Assembly: GCA_043228905.1 (NCBI GenBank)
Contig: JBHGNT010000005.1
Coordinates: 16,988,001 to 17,052,000 of the forward strand
Direction of reading: 5' to 3'
Length of the DNA stretch: 64,000 nt
DNA from: Azolla caroliniana
Taxonomy: Eukaryota > Plantae > Polypodiophyta
Translations under genes and position numbers: made by a program
Notes under the pieces: model-generated
Told to the model about the DNA's origin: nothing
What the model saw: only the letters and a program-made list of their open reading frames with translations
The model's database searches: none
Shown: in pieces, positions 44,835-58,333 of the stretch
Layout of the letters: every line of letters starts with the position of its first letter
Numbering within the stretch: position 1 is the stretch's first letter

Positions 44835-47800
44835 AGTGGACTATTGAAGCATGGGGCACAAATAGTCCGAGCAATCACAAGACCCCACAAGAAAGAAGAG
44901 TGCGTGGATTGCAAGGAGAAGCAACATGTGTCACACCTAGTGGCGCATGTAAACTAGTACTACCCGACAAGAAGCACAAGCGCCGGATACAAGAATTTGA
45001 GAAGATGCTGAAAGAAGAGAACATAATAGAAGAAGGAGAGTTTGTGACTCACATTATGGAAGAAGCCTCATTTAATGACACCATCGGCGAAATCAAGGAC
45101 GTCGTGGACTTGAGCTATCTTCACAACCAATGCGTGATTTCGGTTAACTCCGTCAACATGTACGCTATCATCGATGAATACCGTCGTGGCATCTCGATGA
45201 AGGAAGCTAACATCAACACGAAATATAAAACGGTGGATAAGAAGATCAAGCCAGTTGCGGTTCCGCTACCGGAAGATAGCTGGCAAAAGATGAAGGAAGT
45301 CGCTAACGATCCAAGCTTAAGAGATCCGAAGAAGATAGGTCATGTCTTCACCAAAGAGACGAAGGGGAAGCTACGAGTTGGAAAGGAGGATTTCCTTCTC
45401 CCTGAAGAGGAGCGAATGTTTCGCGATATGCTTGAGAGACATGGGAAGGCTTTCGCATTCTTCCCACGAGAAATCGGATGCGCCGACCCAAAGGTTATAG
45501 AGCCGATGGTGATCTTCACAGTGCCTCATGTGCCTTGGAATTTGAAACCGATACCGGTTCCGAGAGCACACCTTTCGAAGTTGATCGAGCTCTTAAAGGA
45601 GAAGGTGAGTATGGGAATTCTAGAACCGTCGAATGCTCCTTATTCCAATAGGTGGTTCACGGTGCCGAAGAAGAATGGATCATTGCGATTCATCCAAGAT
45701 CTTCAACCCGTCAACAAGGTGACAATTCGAAATGCTGGAATCGGTCCGAGCGTGGACGAATTTGCCGAAGCGTTTGCGGGCCGGTCCATCTACTCCATTG
45801 GCGATCTCTACTCCGGATATGACCAATTCCAATTGGCGATCGACAGTCGGGACATTACAACCATGAGGACTCCGATCGGGCTTGTGCGGATGTGTACCTT
45901 ACCCCAAGGCGCAACGAACTCGGTGGCTCATATGGTGAATGCCATGAATAAAGTCTTGAAGGATTGCATTCCGGACATCACGATGCCATTCTTGGATGAT
46001 ATTCCGATAAAAGGATGTTCGGATGAGGAGAAAGATGAATCGAAAGATAAGGAAGGTTGTAGAAAGTTCGTTGCGGATCATATGAAAGATTGCGAGAAGG
46101 TGCTTCAAAGGCTCGAAGATGCAAATTTGACATTTTCGGGAGAAAAATCCGCATTCGGGCAACCGGAGATCTTAGTGGTAGGTCACTTGTGTGGAGCATA
46201 CGGCCGGAAGCCCTCGCCATCCAAAGTGAACGCAATCCAAGACATGAAAGAAGAATGCGAAAACCAAACGGAGGTTCGAAGGTTCCTTGGAGCGTGCGCG
46301 TTTTATCATATATGGATTCCTCACTACGCTCATGTCGCCGAACCGTTATATGGACTACTAAAGAAAAGAATAAAGTTCAAATGGCGAGACGAGCACACAG
46401 AGGCGATGCGAAGATTAAAGAAACTGCTTCTTGAAGCTCCGGCACTAAGGAAGGCCGACTATGCCGAAGGGAAACCAATTTACGTGACCATAGATACGAG
46501 CCCAACCGGAATCGGGTGGGTCATCAATCAAGAAGGTGAACATAATGCGCGATATGCCGTCCGGTTCGGAGCAAAGGTTCTTAGCGAACAGCAACAAAGA
46601 TATGCCCAAGTCAAGCGGGAACTTTCGAGTATTGTGTCGGCAGTGAAGACAGACAAAGATTACCTGATCGGGTCAGAAGTGATAATAGAGACATATTGTC
46701 TCCCAATTCTCGGAATGGTCTCGGGATGTGCGACCCCAGATCTTGCTATGCTAAGGTGGATCGCCTACATCAAGTCTTTAAACCCAGAGATTCATCACAT
46801 TGCAGGGAAGAAGAACACCATGGCTGACATGTTGTCAAGGGCAAGATTTTCAAATGAAAGTAACATGGTTTCGGAAGATGAAGATGTCGCCCTCGACTTC
46901 TTCAAGATGGCTCGATTGTCGGCGGAAGACCAGGACACGCAAACCCTCCACGCCTTCAACGAGAACGAGTATGAAGGAGAGTGGTTACTCATCGGTAGAT
47001 TCCTAAGAACATTGACGGCAGATGCTTCGTTGACAAAGGAGGAGGCCCTACGAATCTGAAAGAAAGCTTACCGATACTTCTTGAAGGGAGGATTCCTTTG
47101 GCGACATCCAAAAAGAAGGACAGGAATACCACGTCGAGTGGTGGTAAAGAAAGAAGAGCAAGAGACGCTGATGACCGAATTCCACGACAGTGCTTGGGCA
47201 GGTCATAAAGGAACATGGGCGACATTCGAAAAGTTGAAGGAGAAGTACTAGTGGCCAAGCATGTACAAAGATGTACTCCATGTCGTGTCCACATGCGAAA
47301 CTTGCCAAGTATATTCAAATATACGTCATCGTGATGAGTTAAAGCCGACATACCCACTCACCATACACTTCAAATGGATGGTGGATCTGGTCTCGATGCC
47401 AATGGGAGTGGGACAAATGAAGTACTTAGCGCTGGCAAGGGAAGACTTGACAAATCAAGTGGAAGGATGAGCCTGGACAAATAAGACGACTTCAGCCGTT
47501 TGCAAATTTCTACTTGAAGATGTTGTTTGCCGATATGGATGTGTAGGGAAGATAGTGGCCGACCGAGGGGAGTTGGACGCGCACGAAGCGACGGAGCTCT
47601 TCGAAAGACTAGGCGTGAAGCTCTCCCTCATGACTGCCTACAATCCGGAAGCAAATGGGAAGATCGAGCGAGGGCATGGACCTATCGTTAAAGCCATCGT
47701 ACGAGCATGCAACGGTAGAGTCGGGAATTGGCCACGACTATTACCCTATGCCTTGTGGGCCGATAGAACGACACATAGCTCGGTGATAGGGTATATGCTG

Positions 47801-48319
47801 ACGGAGCTTATGTATGGACAAAAGCCGATTATGCCCATCGAAAGGACGATCGCCTCATGGGTAGCGATACCGTGGGAGAACGAGATGAGCCGAGAAGAGT
47901 TATTAGCGGCGCGGATAAGGCAACTTGAAAGAAGACCTGAAGATTTAGAAAAAGCGCGAAAGATGATGAAGGCCGCCCGAGTAAAGAACCAAGTTCGGTT
48001 CGACAACACGCATCGACTTCGTCCCAAGAAGATTGAAGAAGGGGATTGGGTTTTGGTTTACGACAGCACCCTTGACAATCAACACAGTACAACAAGGAAG
48101 TTCGCAAGAAGATGGTTCGGGCCGTATGTGGTGACAAGTGCCAACGATAATGCCACATATCACCTTGCGGAACTAGACGAATCAAGGTTGGTCGTACCCA
48201 TTGCGGGAAAAAGAGTAAAGATTTTCAAGAAAAGACAAGACAAGGATCCTGACCTCGATTACCTCGACGATGAACATAATAGGCCGGATGAAAATGAAGA
48301 CATGGAGGAATCTAATTGA
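44825..48319 (+). pseudogene. pol: G2 RT-RNase H-integrase ORF (-1 frame), three premature stops
   Basis: DLYSGYDQF, LPQGATNS, FLDD, TIDTSPTGIG, ADMLSR, CETC, YNPEANGKIER, WFGPY. Confidence 0.92.
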
Positions 48320-49504
48320 TCATCGTAGCCGAAATCTCACTTCTTCTCTTCTTGGCACGTACCGGAGGACGTGCGGTTTTGTGGGGGTGGATGTCGTGAA
48401 GATTTTCGGCAATAGTGTGAAAATCCCATAAAACGTACGAAATCGAGTATGAATCACATCGTACAATAATTGTGAAGATAACATTTTAAATAGATTTAAT
48501 ATCTAAGTACAAAATGATGGAGGTTTCGAATGCACTTTATTACATGAGAAACGGACAACTAAATGTCAAGATATGAGGGTATAAAGTTTGTAAAAGGAAA
48601 AGAGAAAATTGTGAGATATCCCACATAGGCACGACAAATACAGCTCTCATCATATATAAGGTGGAGCAAAAGATATTATCTTTGTGTCTATGTGTGGAGC
48701 ATAGAGAGTTCAAAGTAACTTGAACTAAGAGTGGAGGTGGGCTAGCTACTCGTAAAGGGTTTAGGCCAACCAAAACCGGACCGACGATGGAGCCGATGAT
48801 CCGGTGATGGCATCCGGCGACGGCATCCGTCGAGGCACCGGTAACCGACGACGGCATCTGGCGATGCACCGGTAACCGACGGCATCCGGCGACGGAAAAC
48901 CGGACCGACGATGGAGCCGGTAACCGACGGCATCCGGCGACTAGATAAATAAATATATAAATATATATACATATACAAGGAGGGCAAGTAAGGATTCGAA
49001 CCTTGCACCTCCAAGTTAGGAGTCAATTGACTTACCATTAAGCCATGCTATTTAGTTGAAATTATATTTCTATCATTGTACTTTTACATGTAAATTCTCA
49101 TACATGACAGCTAAAATGAGTGACATGGTTATCATGCACCACATGTAATACATAAGCGCGAAATGGCAAACATGCAATTTATGCATGTCTTGTACCCTCA
49201 CATGCATCATATGCATGAGAGCATCTATAAAAGAGGGAAGGGGGAGGAGAAAAAAGGACGGTTTTTTTTATTATGAAATTAAGAAGAAGAAATTCGTTAT
49301 CAAATTGATGGTGTAACTTGTTTCTTAAATCCAAAGATAAAAAGTTCAATCGATCTTTCTCAATCGTTTAATCTCAACTTCTCTCTTTCCCAATCTATCT
49401 TAAGTACTTTCTCGCCAAAGCTTGTATCGACTCTAAATCCTTCCGATCCAGAACCCCGGTGGTTCCGCCTCACGATCCGCGCGTAGTGACGGATCTTCAC
49501 GACA

Positions 49505-51120
49505 GCGCAAAGAGAAAGGGAAGAGGAAGATGCCGGAATACGAAACCGGCAACGTTGAGTCGGATCGAAGCGAATCCGACTCCGGCAAGGATGAAGGTGG
49601 ATCTTCAGGAACGAAGTCTGAACCGACCAATAAGGGCCCCAAACCGGGTAACGATAAGTTACGCCGGTCTTCCCGCCAGAAGAACCCCGTAAAGCGGTAC
49701 GGGTACAATGAATACATGGCGCAGCACTATGCGTACATGACCAAGGTGGCGGAAGTGCGTGAACCGGAGAGCTACCTAGAAGCGGCAAAGGACGCAATTT
49801 GGCATGCCGCTATGGAGGAAGAAATGCGGGCACTCGATGCCAATGACACATGGGACCTAGTTGACCCTCCCTGATACTGTAAATTGATCGGATGTAAGTG
49901 GGTGTACAAGGTAAAGTACAATGCCGACGATTCGGTTAACCGGTACAAGGTCCGGTTAGTGGCGAAGGGATACACGTAGACCCACAGAATCGACTACGAC
50001 GAGACCTTTGCTCCGGTAGCGAAGATGACGACGGTTCGTGTGGTGCTAGCGGTTGTTGCGGCAAAGGGGTGGCATCTTCACCAGATGGAAGTGAAGAATG
50101 CATTTCTTCAAGGTAATCTTGAAGAAGAGGTCTTTATGACCCAACCCCCTGGTTTCCAGTCGGAGATGAACAAGTCGGCGGTATGCCGGCTGAAGAAGTC
50201 ACTTTATGGCCTGAAGCAAGCCCCCGAAGCTTGGAATGCGAAGATCACACACCGGTTGCGTATGGTGGGGTTTGCGGCCTCCAAGTCAGACTCTTCATTG
50301 TTCATCTGGCATGGTCCGGATGGTCTGGTTTGCATATTGTTGTATGTTGATGATCTAGTCATCACGGGACCTGGACTCGATGAAATCGGCCGAGTAAAGT
50401 CCCAGCTGTCGAATGCATTTGAGATGAAGGACCTAAGGGACCTTCACTATTTCCTTGGGATCGAGGTGATCCGAACCCCCGACGGCATATTGCTCTCACA
50501 GAGACACTATGTGTTGAATATGTTGTACAAGTTTGGCATGGTGGAATGTCGACCTATCTCGACACCCCTGGACCGGAACTAGAAGCTTTGTCCCGACTCC
50601 GGACCGGCCTGCGACTGTTATACCAGCATGGTATAACCGAAGAGCTAGTCGGCTACACCGATGCCGACTGGGCCGATGATGCATCGGATCGTCGATCCAC
50701 CTCCGGCTCTATGTTTTCCCTTGGTAGCGCGGTTGTTGCGTGGAGCAGCAAAAAGCAGCCAACAATGGCCCTTTTGAGCACTGAGGCTGAATACTAGGGC
50801 GCTACCGTTGCCACCTGTGAAGCCATTTGGCTTCGGCGATTTCTGCAAGACCTGCGAATCGAGGTGCCGACCCCGATCCTGATCTACTGTGACAACATAA
50901 GCAGCATGAAGCTCACCCCGTATTCCATGCTCGCACAAAGCACATAGAAGTGCACTAAAACTTCGTGCGTGAGCGTGTCCTGAGCAGTGAAGTCAAACTT
51001 CGGTATGTTCATACGGATCAACAAGTTGCCGACATCTTCACCAAACCGCTCGGATCGGACAAGTTCTAGCACTTCACCGAAATGCTTGGTGTTCAGCATC
51101 TTGACGTGCCACACTTGAGG
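49505..51120 (+). pseudogene. Copia A RT and RNase H, degenerate, with a small internal deletion near 50611
   Basis: EPESY..A, QMEVKNAFL, LKKSLYGLKQAP, LLYVDDL, YTDADWA, SKKQ, ADIFTK. About 170 bp present in copia B (about 55400-55570) is absent here. Confidence 0.9.
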
Positions 51121-51748
51121 GGGAGAACGGGTAAAGACACCGGAACGGGCAAAGGCACCGGAACGGGCAAAGGCAAAGAAACTACCGATTGCGCCGGTGA
51201 GCGAAGAACCAGCAAAGCGAGAGACGAAAAGAAGAAAGGAGTCGAGTCGACAAAGGAAGTTGACACATCCGAACAAGTCAGAATAAGCGGCAGCGGCAAG
51301 AGAGTCAAGAAGGACAAAGCCGATCGAAAGAAGAAGGCCAAGACCCGGACATGGTCCGATGTGGTGAAGGCCGTGGAACCAGAAGACGAATCGGGACCGA
51401 CTGATTCGGACAAGAGTTGGAATGAGTCGGAGACAGCCGATTCAGTTCAACGGACAAATTCGGAAGAACCGGATCAATTCAAGGCCAAGAGGACGAGAAG
51501 GCAGCGAAAGTCGACGCCAACACGAAGGAATCGGCGAATCGGCAAGCGCCGAAGTCATAACAGTGTTGACCAGACATGCCGACCGAGGAGGTCAAGGTGT
51601 GCAGAATCAGAAGGGTCGCCGCAAACGGGAACGGACTGGATGAGGAGTGTGAGTGAGACAGAGTGTCGCCAGAAGGAGCCGGGTGGAAGGACCGGCTGCC
51701 ATGGAGACTAACACTACGATCCGACCTCAAGTTGAGCTTGAGGGGGAG

Positions 51749-52179
51749 TGTTGAGCAGCAAGCTCAACCGGATCCAGATCGGCTGAATAAGCCTGAGCCG
51801 GATCGGCATCGGGAAGGATGAGCCGGATTGGTGAGCTAGGGAGCCGGTTAGCCGGATCAAACATTAACCGGAAACCTAGTACCGGAAGCCTCGTAGCCGC
51901 CTAGACAACTAGGTAGTTAATGTCTCGTAGTTAGTGTTAGACGCTCGTGTGAGCATTGAAGTACCTGCCAGTACTTCTGTCAGTCCTTTATGGACTTGTA
52001 TAAACAATGTTGTTTAGGATGTTGGATGTACATAGAACGATTATTGTTTTGTAATAGATTTTAACGTTTTGTTCTCTCTCTATCTCTCCCGCGTACACTC
52101 TGTGTGTTAATCTCTCTCTCTCTCTGTTGCTATCCGGCAAGGTCGGTTTGTCTGACGCTTCCGCAAATAATCTTTTACA
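51749..52179 (+). repeat. 3' LTR of copia A
   Basis: Follows PPT TTGAGGGGGAG; TGTTGAG...TTTTACA; similar to LTRs 52245-52652, 56647-57096 and 59481-59905. Confidence 0.85.
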
Positions 52180-52244
52180 CTTCATTTTGAAGATAACTTG
52201 AGAACTGGTTGGAAAAGTACTCCTTTCGGCCATCAGACCTTAGG

Positions 52245-55200
52245 TGTTGAGAGAACAAGCTCAACCGGATCCAGATCGGCTGGATAAGCCAGCGCCGGAT
52301 CGTATCGGGATCGGAGAGCCGGACCGACGTGTGTACCAGTAGGTTGTTTAGAGGTCTACACTTCTAGACTACCAGTTAGTTAGACATGGTCCTCGTAGTT
52401 AGTGTCCACCGCTCATATGAGCATTGAAGTACATAGTACTTTTGTTAGTCCCTTGCGATCTTGTATAAAGAGTGCTTACTGAGCACATCATATGTACAGA
52501 GTGTTATTATTTTGAATTGTGTTTATGCTTTCTGCTCTCTCTGTCTCTCATGTGTATTCTTTGTTTAAGCTTCCATTAAACCTTTATTCTCTGTTTTCTG
52601 TTGCTATCCGGATAAACCGGTTTGTCAAAGCTTTCGCATATTAACTTTGTCATGGTATTAGAGTGCGAGGGTTGAGAACCTCTTCATCTAACAAGCGTTT
52701 TTTGAAGACAAACTCTAAAACCCGGTAAAGAACAGATAGAAGGAAAATATGGACCGAGGTATGGGTACCTTGCTCTTGACGGAGAAGCTCAACAGATCCA
52801 ACTATGCATCTTGGTCATACAAGATGCACCAGTACCTGCTCGGGTACGGTTACTAGAGCTATGTCAATGGAGCTAATGTACAGAACCTGATGCGGCAGAC
52901 AGGGACTTCCTGACATGGGAACAAGCGGCAAGCAGGGTAATGTTCTGCTTCGCATCTAGTGTCGTTGATCAGGTCCTAAGCCATATTCGGGATGCCAAGA
53001 CGCCGAAGGAAGCTTGGGGAAACCTGAAGAAGGTCTTTGCCGCAAGCACTACGGGTCGAAAGTTGCAACTCTAATAGGAGTGAAGCAATGTTCGATAGAA
53101 GGACATATCGGTGGCCGACTATACGACCCAGATCAAAGACATCTACAACTCACTTGACTCTATCAACGTAACCGTTGAGGAAGATGAGATGGTGCAGGTT
53201 TATCTCGAGGGCTTGGCGTCAAAAGTCGGAGCATTCCGGAAGTCAGTCTATAGAATGGAGAATACCCCCTCGTTTTTTGACTTACAGTCGATGCTCCTAG
53301 TAGAGGAGAACCATGTGGGTGCATCAACGAGCACGCACACCGACAACAGGATGTTGTACATGGAGGCGTATTGTCCCGTGGTCGAGGCGGACGAGGTGGA
53401 CGAGGCGGATCGGCATGCGGTGGAAGCAGACGACAAGTGCAGAATCGGAGGCACAGTGATGGTGTCGACAACATCTCTAAACCCTCCACAAGCAGGGGGA
53501 GTCAAGGCGGTGTCGGGAGCAGGCAAGAGAAGACCGCCACGAAATGTTGGTATTGGGGCAAGAAAGCCCACCCAGAAAGCAAGTGTTAGACGAAGTGCAC
53601 TGATTCGAATAAACCCAGATCTCGCAGGGTTAAGGGCCGAATTAAAAATGGATGGGGACGAGCGTAACAGTAAAGAAGCAAAAAATAGTAATTATTTTAA
53701 TAGTAGTAACGGTTCACGCTCTGTTCGTAACTGTCCATGACTCCTATAAAAGGGGTCATTAGAAGCCTGTAAAAGGTGTCAAACATTATTGTATCATTTT
53801 GCAACTTTTAATAGAATCTTGTTTGCCTAATACTCTAAGTATTATACTGTGTTGTAATTTATCCATGTTGAGTCTCTACGTTCTGTGTAACGTTTCCATA
53901 ACTAGTCGGTTGTAGACGGCTCGTGTTCATCTCCACAGTCGCACAGTCACGTTCTGTTTGATACCTACTTGAAGTCCTTATCTTTTGGAGTTCACTGAAC
54001 AATCCGAGCCACGTTGCCCTTCCCCGAACACAAGACCTTGAGTCGAGTATACAAAGGACCAGATGTTCGACACCGTGTTACCTTGAGTCGGTAACAAAAA
54101 AGACAAAAAGATATGGTGTAGTGGTTACAATTATTCATTAGGCACGTGGGGTGTGTAGAGTTCGATTTTCTATCAACCCAGCATAGATTAAACACTATTT
54201 GTTCCTTCTTCTTTTTAGAAGAAAGATAGGGAATAAGTGCATTTAATGCCAAATTTTGGCATCTCTTCTTCTCTATAAAAAGAAGGAGAAGAGGGCTTAT
54301 TTCAAGTCACCCATTTTGTGTTTCGGAGTGTACCATTAGTGTTTTGGGTTTCTCTTCTAATCTTCTTTTTTCGAACATTAAATTTTGTGAGGCTTCTTCT
54401 TCTTCAACTCAACGTACTTGAGGGCTTAAAGTTTCATTTTTCCTCTTCTTCATGAGCTTTTGGGTTCTTCTTCTTGCTCTTCTTCTTTTTCTCAAGCGTA
54501 CCTTGAGACTAATTCGCTCGCAAGTGCCATTATGCATCGGTGGATTCAAAAGAGGCCAAAGGTAGAAAAGGATATTTAATAATAATAAAACTGAAAAAGA
54601 TATGGTGTAGTGGTTACAACTATTCATTAGGCTCGAGGGGGGTGTAGAGTTAGATTTTCTATCAACCTTATTTATTCCTTCTTTTTCCAAGAAAGATAGG
54701 GAATAAGTGCATTTAATGCAAAAATTTGACGCTTCTTCTTCTCTATAAATAAAAGGATAATGTTGAGTGACTAGCTCAATGTGAGACGAATCAGCTAAAG
54801 GCCATAAGGCCGAAGAAGCCGAGAACCGAATCGGCTAGAAAGGATTGGTTGTAGAAGCCATTAGGACCACAAGTGTTTTTTGATGGAAATAGTGCTCGGC
54901 CACAACTGAGTCTCAAACTCACAATGGAAGAAATAAATAGAAAGTAGCAATGCACTTAAAAAGACAACAGAGACGACACTAAATGTTTACATGGAAATCC
55001 ATAATCAGTAAAAACCACGGGAGCCCACAGAATCCAACTATCACTATGAGAGGAAGGGTACAATGGGAGACTCAAAGGCAATGACCTCGAGCTCTATCTT
55101 CGCCTACTGGCGATTACAACAACAAGAAAACGTGGATGATCTAGTCATCACGAGACCCGTTCTTGCTGAAATCGGCCGAGTGAAGTCCAAGTTGTCGGAT

Positions 55201-57096
55201 GCATTCAAAATGAATGACTTGGGGGACCCTCATTACTTCCTTGGGATCGAAGTGATCCATACCCCCAACGGCATATTGTTATCTCAGCGACTTTATGTGT
55301 TGAATATATTGTACAAGTTCGGCATGAAGGATTGTTGACCAGTCTCGACACCCCTGTACCGGAACCTGAGGCTTCGTCCCAACTCCGCACCAGCCTGCGA
55401 TGAGAAACAGTTCCGACAAATTGTCGGAAGCCTCATTTATTTGACAATGACCCTACCCGACATTAGCTATCCGGTCGGAGTGATAAGTCAGTTCATGTAG
55501 AAGCCGACTATGGAGCACCTCTAGTGTGCGCACCGAATACTGAGGTATGTTAGTGGCACTAAGGACCGAGGACTATTATACCGACATGGTATAACCGAGA
55601 AGCTAGTTGGATATACAGACGCCGACTGGGCCGGAAAAGCATCGAATCAACGGTCCACCTCCGAATACATTTTTCTCTTGGTAGCGCGGTTGTTTCATGG
55701 AGCAGCAAAAAGCAACCAACCGTAGCTCTATCAAGCACGGAAGTTGAGTATCCGAGCACTACCATTGCCACTTGTGAAGCTATATGGCTTCGGCGGCTGC
55801 TATAAGACCTTTGGATCGAGGTAGCGACCCCAATCCTGATCTATTGTGACCAACAAAGCATACATCTCACTTAGAACCCCGTATTTCATGCTCATACAAA
55901 GCACATAGAAGTACATTATCACTTTGTGCGTGAACGGGTCCTAAGCGGTGAAGTTGAACTTTAGTATGTTCACACGGATCGGCAGGTTGCCGACATCATC
56001 ACCAAGCCGCTTGGACTGGAGAAGTTGCAGCACTTCTCGGAGATGCTCGGTCTCTAGCATGTCGACGTGTCGCACTTGAGGGGGAGAATGGAGACAGGTA
56101 ATAGCATCAAACAAGGAGCTAGAGAGAAAGACAGAACTGAGACAAGGGGAGACTAGAAGAAAAATGAAGCCAAGTTGACCGAAGGAGTCGGCACATCCGG
56201 AAAAGTCGGAGAAAGTGACAACGACAGTAGAGTCAAGAGAGACATGCAGGTGACCGCAAGAAGAAGGCCAAGACCCGAACATGGTCTGATATTGTGACGG
56301 GCTTGAAAACGGAAGACGAATTGGAGACTACCAACTCAGACAAGAGCTGGAATGAATCAGAGACAACCGATTTAGTTCAACAATTTGATTCGGAAGAGAC
56401 GAATCTGTTGAAGGCGAAGAAAACTAGAGGGAAACGAAGACGGCGTCAGAGTCGCAGCAGCAAAGGAGCTAAGATGGGCTTGTTGAGCAGACAAGACAAT
56501 CGAGGAGGTCGAGTAGCGCAGAACCAGATGGGTCACGGAAGGAGGAACCGGACCGGATGAGGAGCGCTAGAAGGAGCCGGATGAAAGAACCTACTGCCCC
56601 GGACACTAACACCACAATCCAACCTCAAGTTGAGCTTGAGGGGGAGTGTTGAGCGAGCAAGCTCAACCGGATCCGGATCGGCTGGATAAGCCAAAGCAGG
56701 CTCGTATCCGGATCAGTGTCCAAAACTAGGAGCCAAATCGGGATAGAGGAGCTAGATCGGAGAGCCGGACTCACATGTGTACCGGTAGGCCGTTTAGAGG
56801 TCTACACTTCTAGACTACTAGGCAGTCATGGTTGTTGTAGTTAGTGTTAGCCGCTCGTATGAGCATTGAAGTACATAGTACTTCTGTCAATCCCTTGTGG
56901 ACTTGTATAAAAGGTGCTCATTGAGCACATCCTATGTATAGAGTGTTACTATTTTAAATTGAGTTTATGCTTTCTGCTCTCTCTGTCTCTCCTTTGAATT
57001 CTTTGTTCCTAAGCTTCCATTAAACCTTTATTCTTTGTTTTCTGTTGCTATTCGGATAAACCAGTTTGTCAAAGTTTCCGCATATTAACTTTGTCA
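52245..57096 (+). mobile_element. Ty1/copia element B, both LTRs, internally deleted and substituted
   Basis: LTRs 52245-52652 and 56647-57096; TSD TTAGG; iMet-type PBS TGGTATTAGAG at 52653; gag about 52749-53620; RT/RH about 55130-56090. PR and INT missing, replaced by unrelated LTR-like fragments at about 53625-55130. Confidence 0.9.
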
Positions 57097-58333
57097 TTAG
57101 GCACTTGATTTTTCTTCCGGTTTCCTATTCTGCAAGGCTCTTCACCTTGAGGAAACATGCAAAGACTTCGCTCTTTTTCGTGATCAAGCACCCCCTGGGC
57201 CAAGTGTGTCAAGTGTAGTCATCGATGAAGATTACAAAGTAACGGCGTCCTCTGATTCTTACGTTCTGTGCCGGTTCCCACTCATCCAAATGGATAAACT
57301 CGAGCTGGTTCTAGCTCCGATTCTTCTCATTGGGGAATAGAAACCTATGCTTTTTCCCGAGCTGGCAAGCTTCACAAATTTGGCCCTTCTAGCCACTAAA
57401 CTTTGGCAGTCCAGAAACTACGTGTTTCAACTTCATCTCTTGAAGCATCTGGAAATTGATATGGCCGAACCTTTTGTGCCATAGGTCGATGTCCACCTCA
57501 ACCTTTTGCCCTTTTGCAAACATCGCGGTTCCAACATCGTTCGTTTCGAAGATGAACATCCTCCCTTCTCGACGTCCTTGTGCAATGACTTTGCCTTCTT
57601 CTTCGATGAAGCACCCGAGATGTGTGAACCGGACCTGCATCCCTTGGTCACAATCTATCCATCCGACACCATATTCTTTGTGATTGTTGGGATGTGTAGA
57701 ACGTTCATCACCTTGCCCTTCTGTCCTACATGGTTTAGGGGGACTTCACCGACATGTTCTATGGTATGTGGGGTGTCATCATCGGTTTTTATGATCCCCG
57801 GTTGTTCTGGTTTCTCTAAGTAAGAGAATCACTCCTCGTGGCTTGTCGTATGGTTCAACGCTCTAGAATCAACATACCATACCTCATTCAATTTCGAGGT
57901 GCTTGTCTTCATCGAATTAGCCTTGTGCTTCATCACAAAGGTTGGGCCCGATCCATTTCCGGTCTTTCTGGTTCCGGATTCTTCTTATCCTTCAATGTAA
58001 TGCGAGCATTGTCCACTCCCTTGTCCGGCCTTGCCAAATCTGGATTTGTCCGAATTGGTGCGCCTTTGCCAACACTCGCTCTCTTGGTGGCCTTTCTTGC
58101 CACAATACCAACATTCCGTCTTGGGCTTTTGCGCCAGAATGATCCGAACTTTTGCGCCAATCCTCTGAAATAGACCTGCACCCTTTCGTCCTCCTCGACA
58201 GTCAAGTTGATGGATGCAAGAGAGTTGCATATGTCCTTGATCCGGGAGGTGTAGTCAGCCACCGACATGTCTCTTTGTCAGACATTGTTGAAATGCTACC
58301 TGAGCTAAAGCATTTTGGTTGAGGTGCTCGCTG

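Larger units (their letters stand above)
40409..49504 (+). mobile_element. Ty3/gypsy element G2, same lineage as G1, relatively young
   Basis: 5' LTR 40409-42568 and 3' LTR 48392-49504 with TGTCGTGAAGAT...ATCTTCACGACA ends; TSD GCGC; tRNA-Trp PBS 42577-42594; PPT about 48381-48391. Confidence 0.95.
8260..52179 (+). mobile_element. Ty1/copia element A, 5'-truncated, split by large insertions (own sequence 8260-10081, 39859-40408, 49505-52179)
   Basis: Gag, PR, INT, RT, RH order. Integrase reads across the insertion (MLEEKSM at 10080 continues as PHFYWFEAVRT after 39863). PPT 51738-51748 and 3' LTR 51749-52179. Confidence 0.9.
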
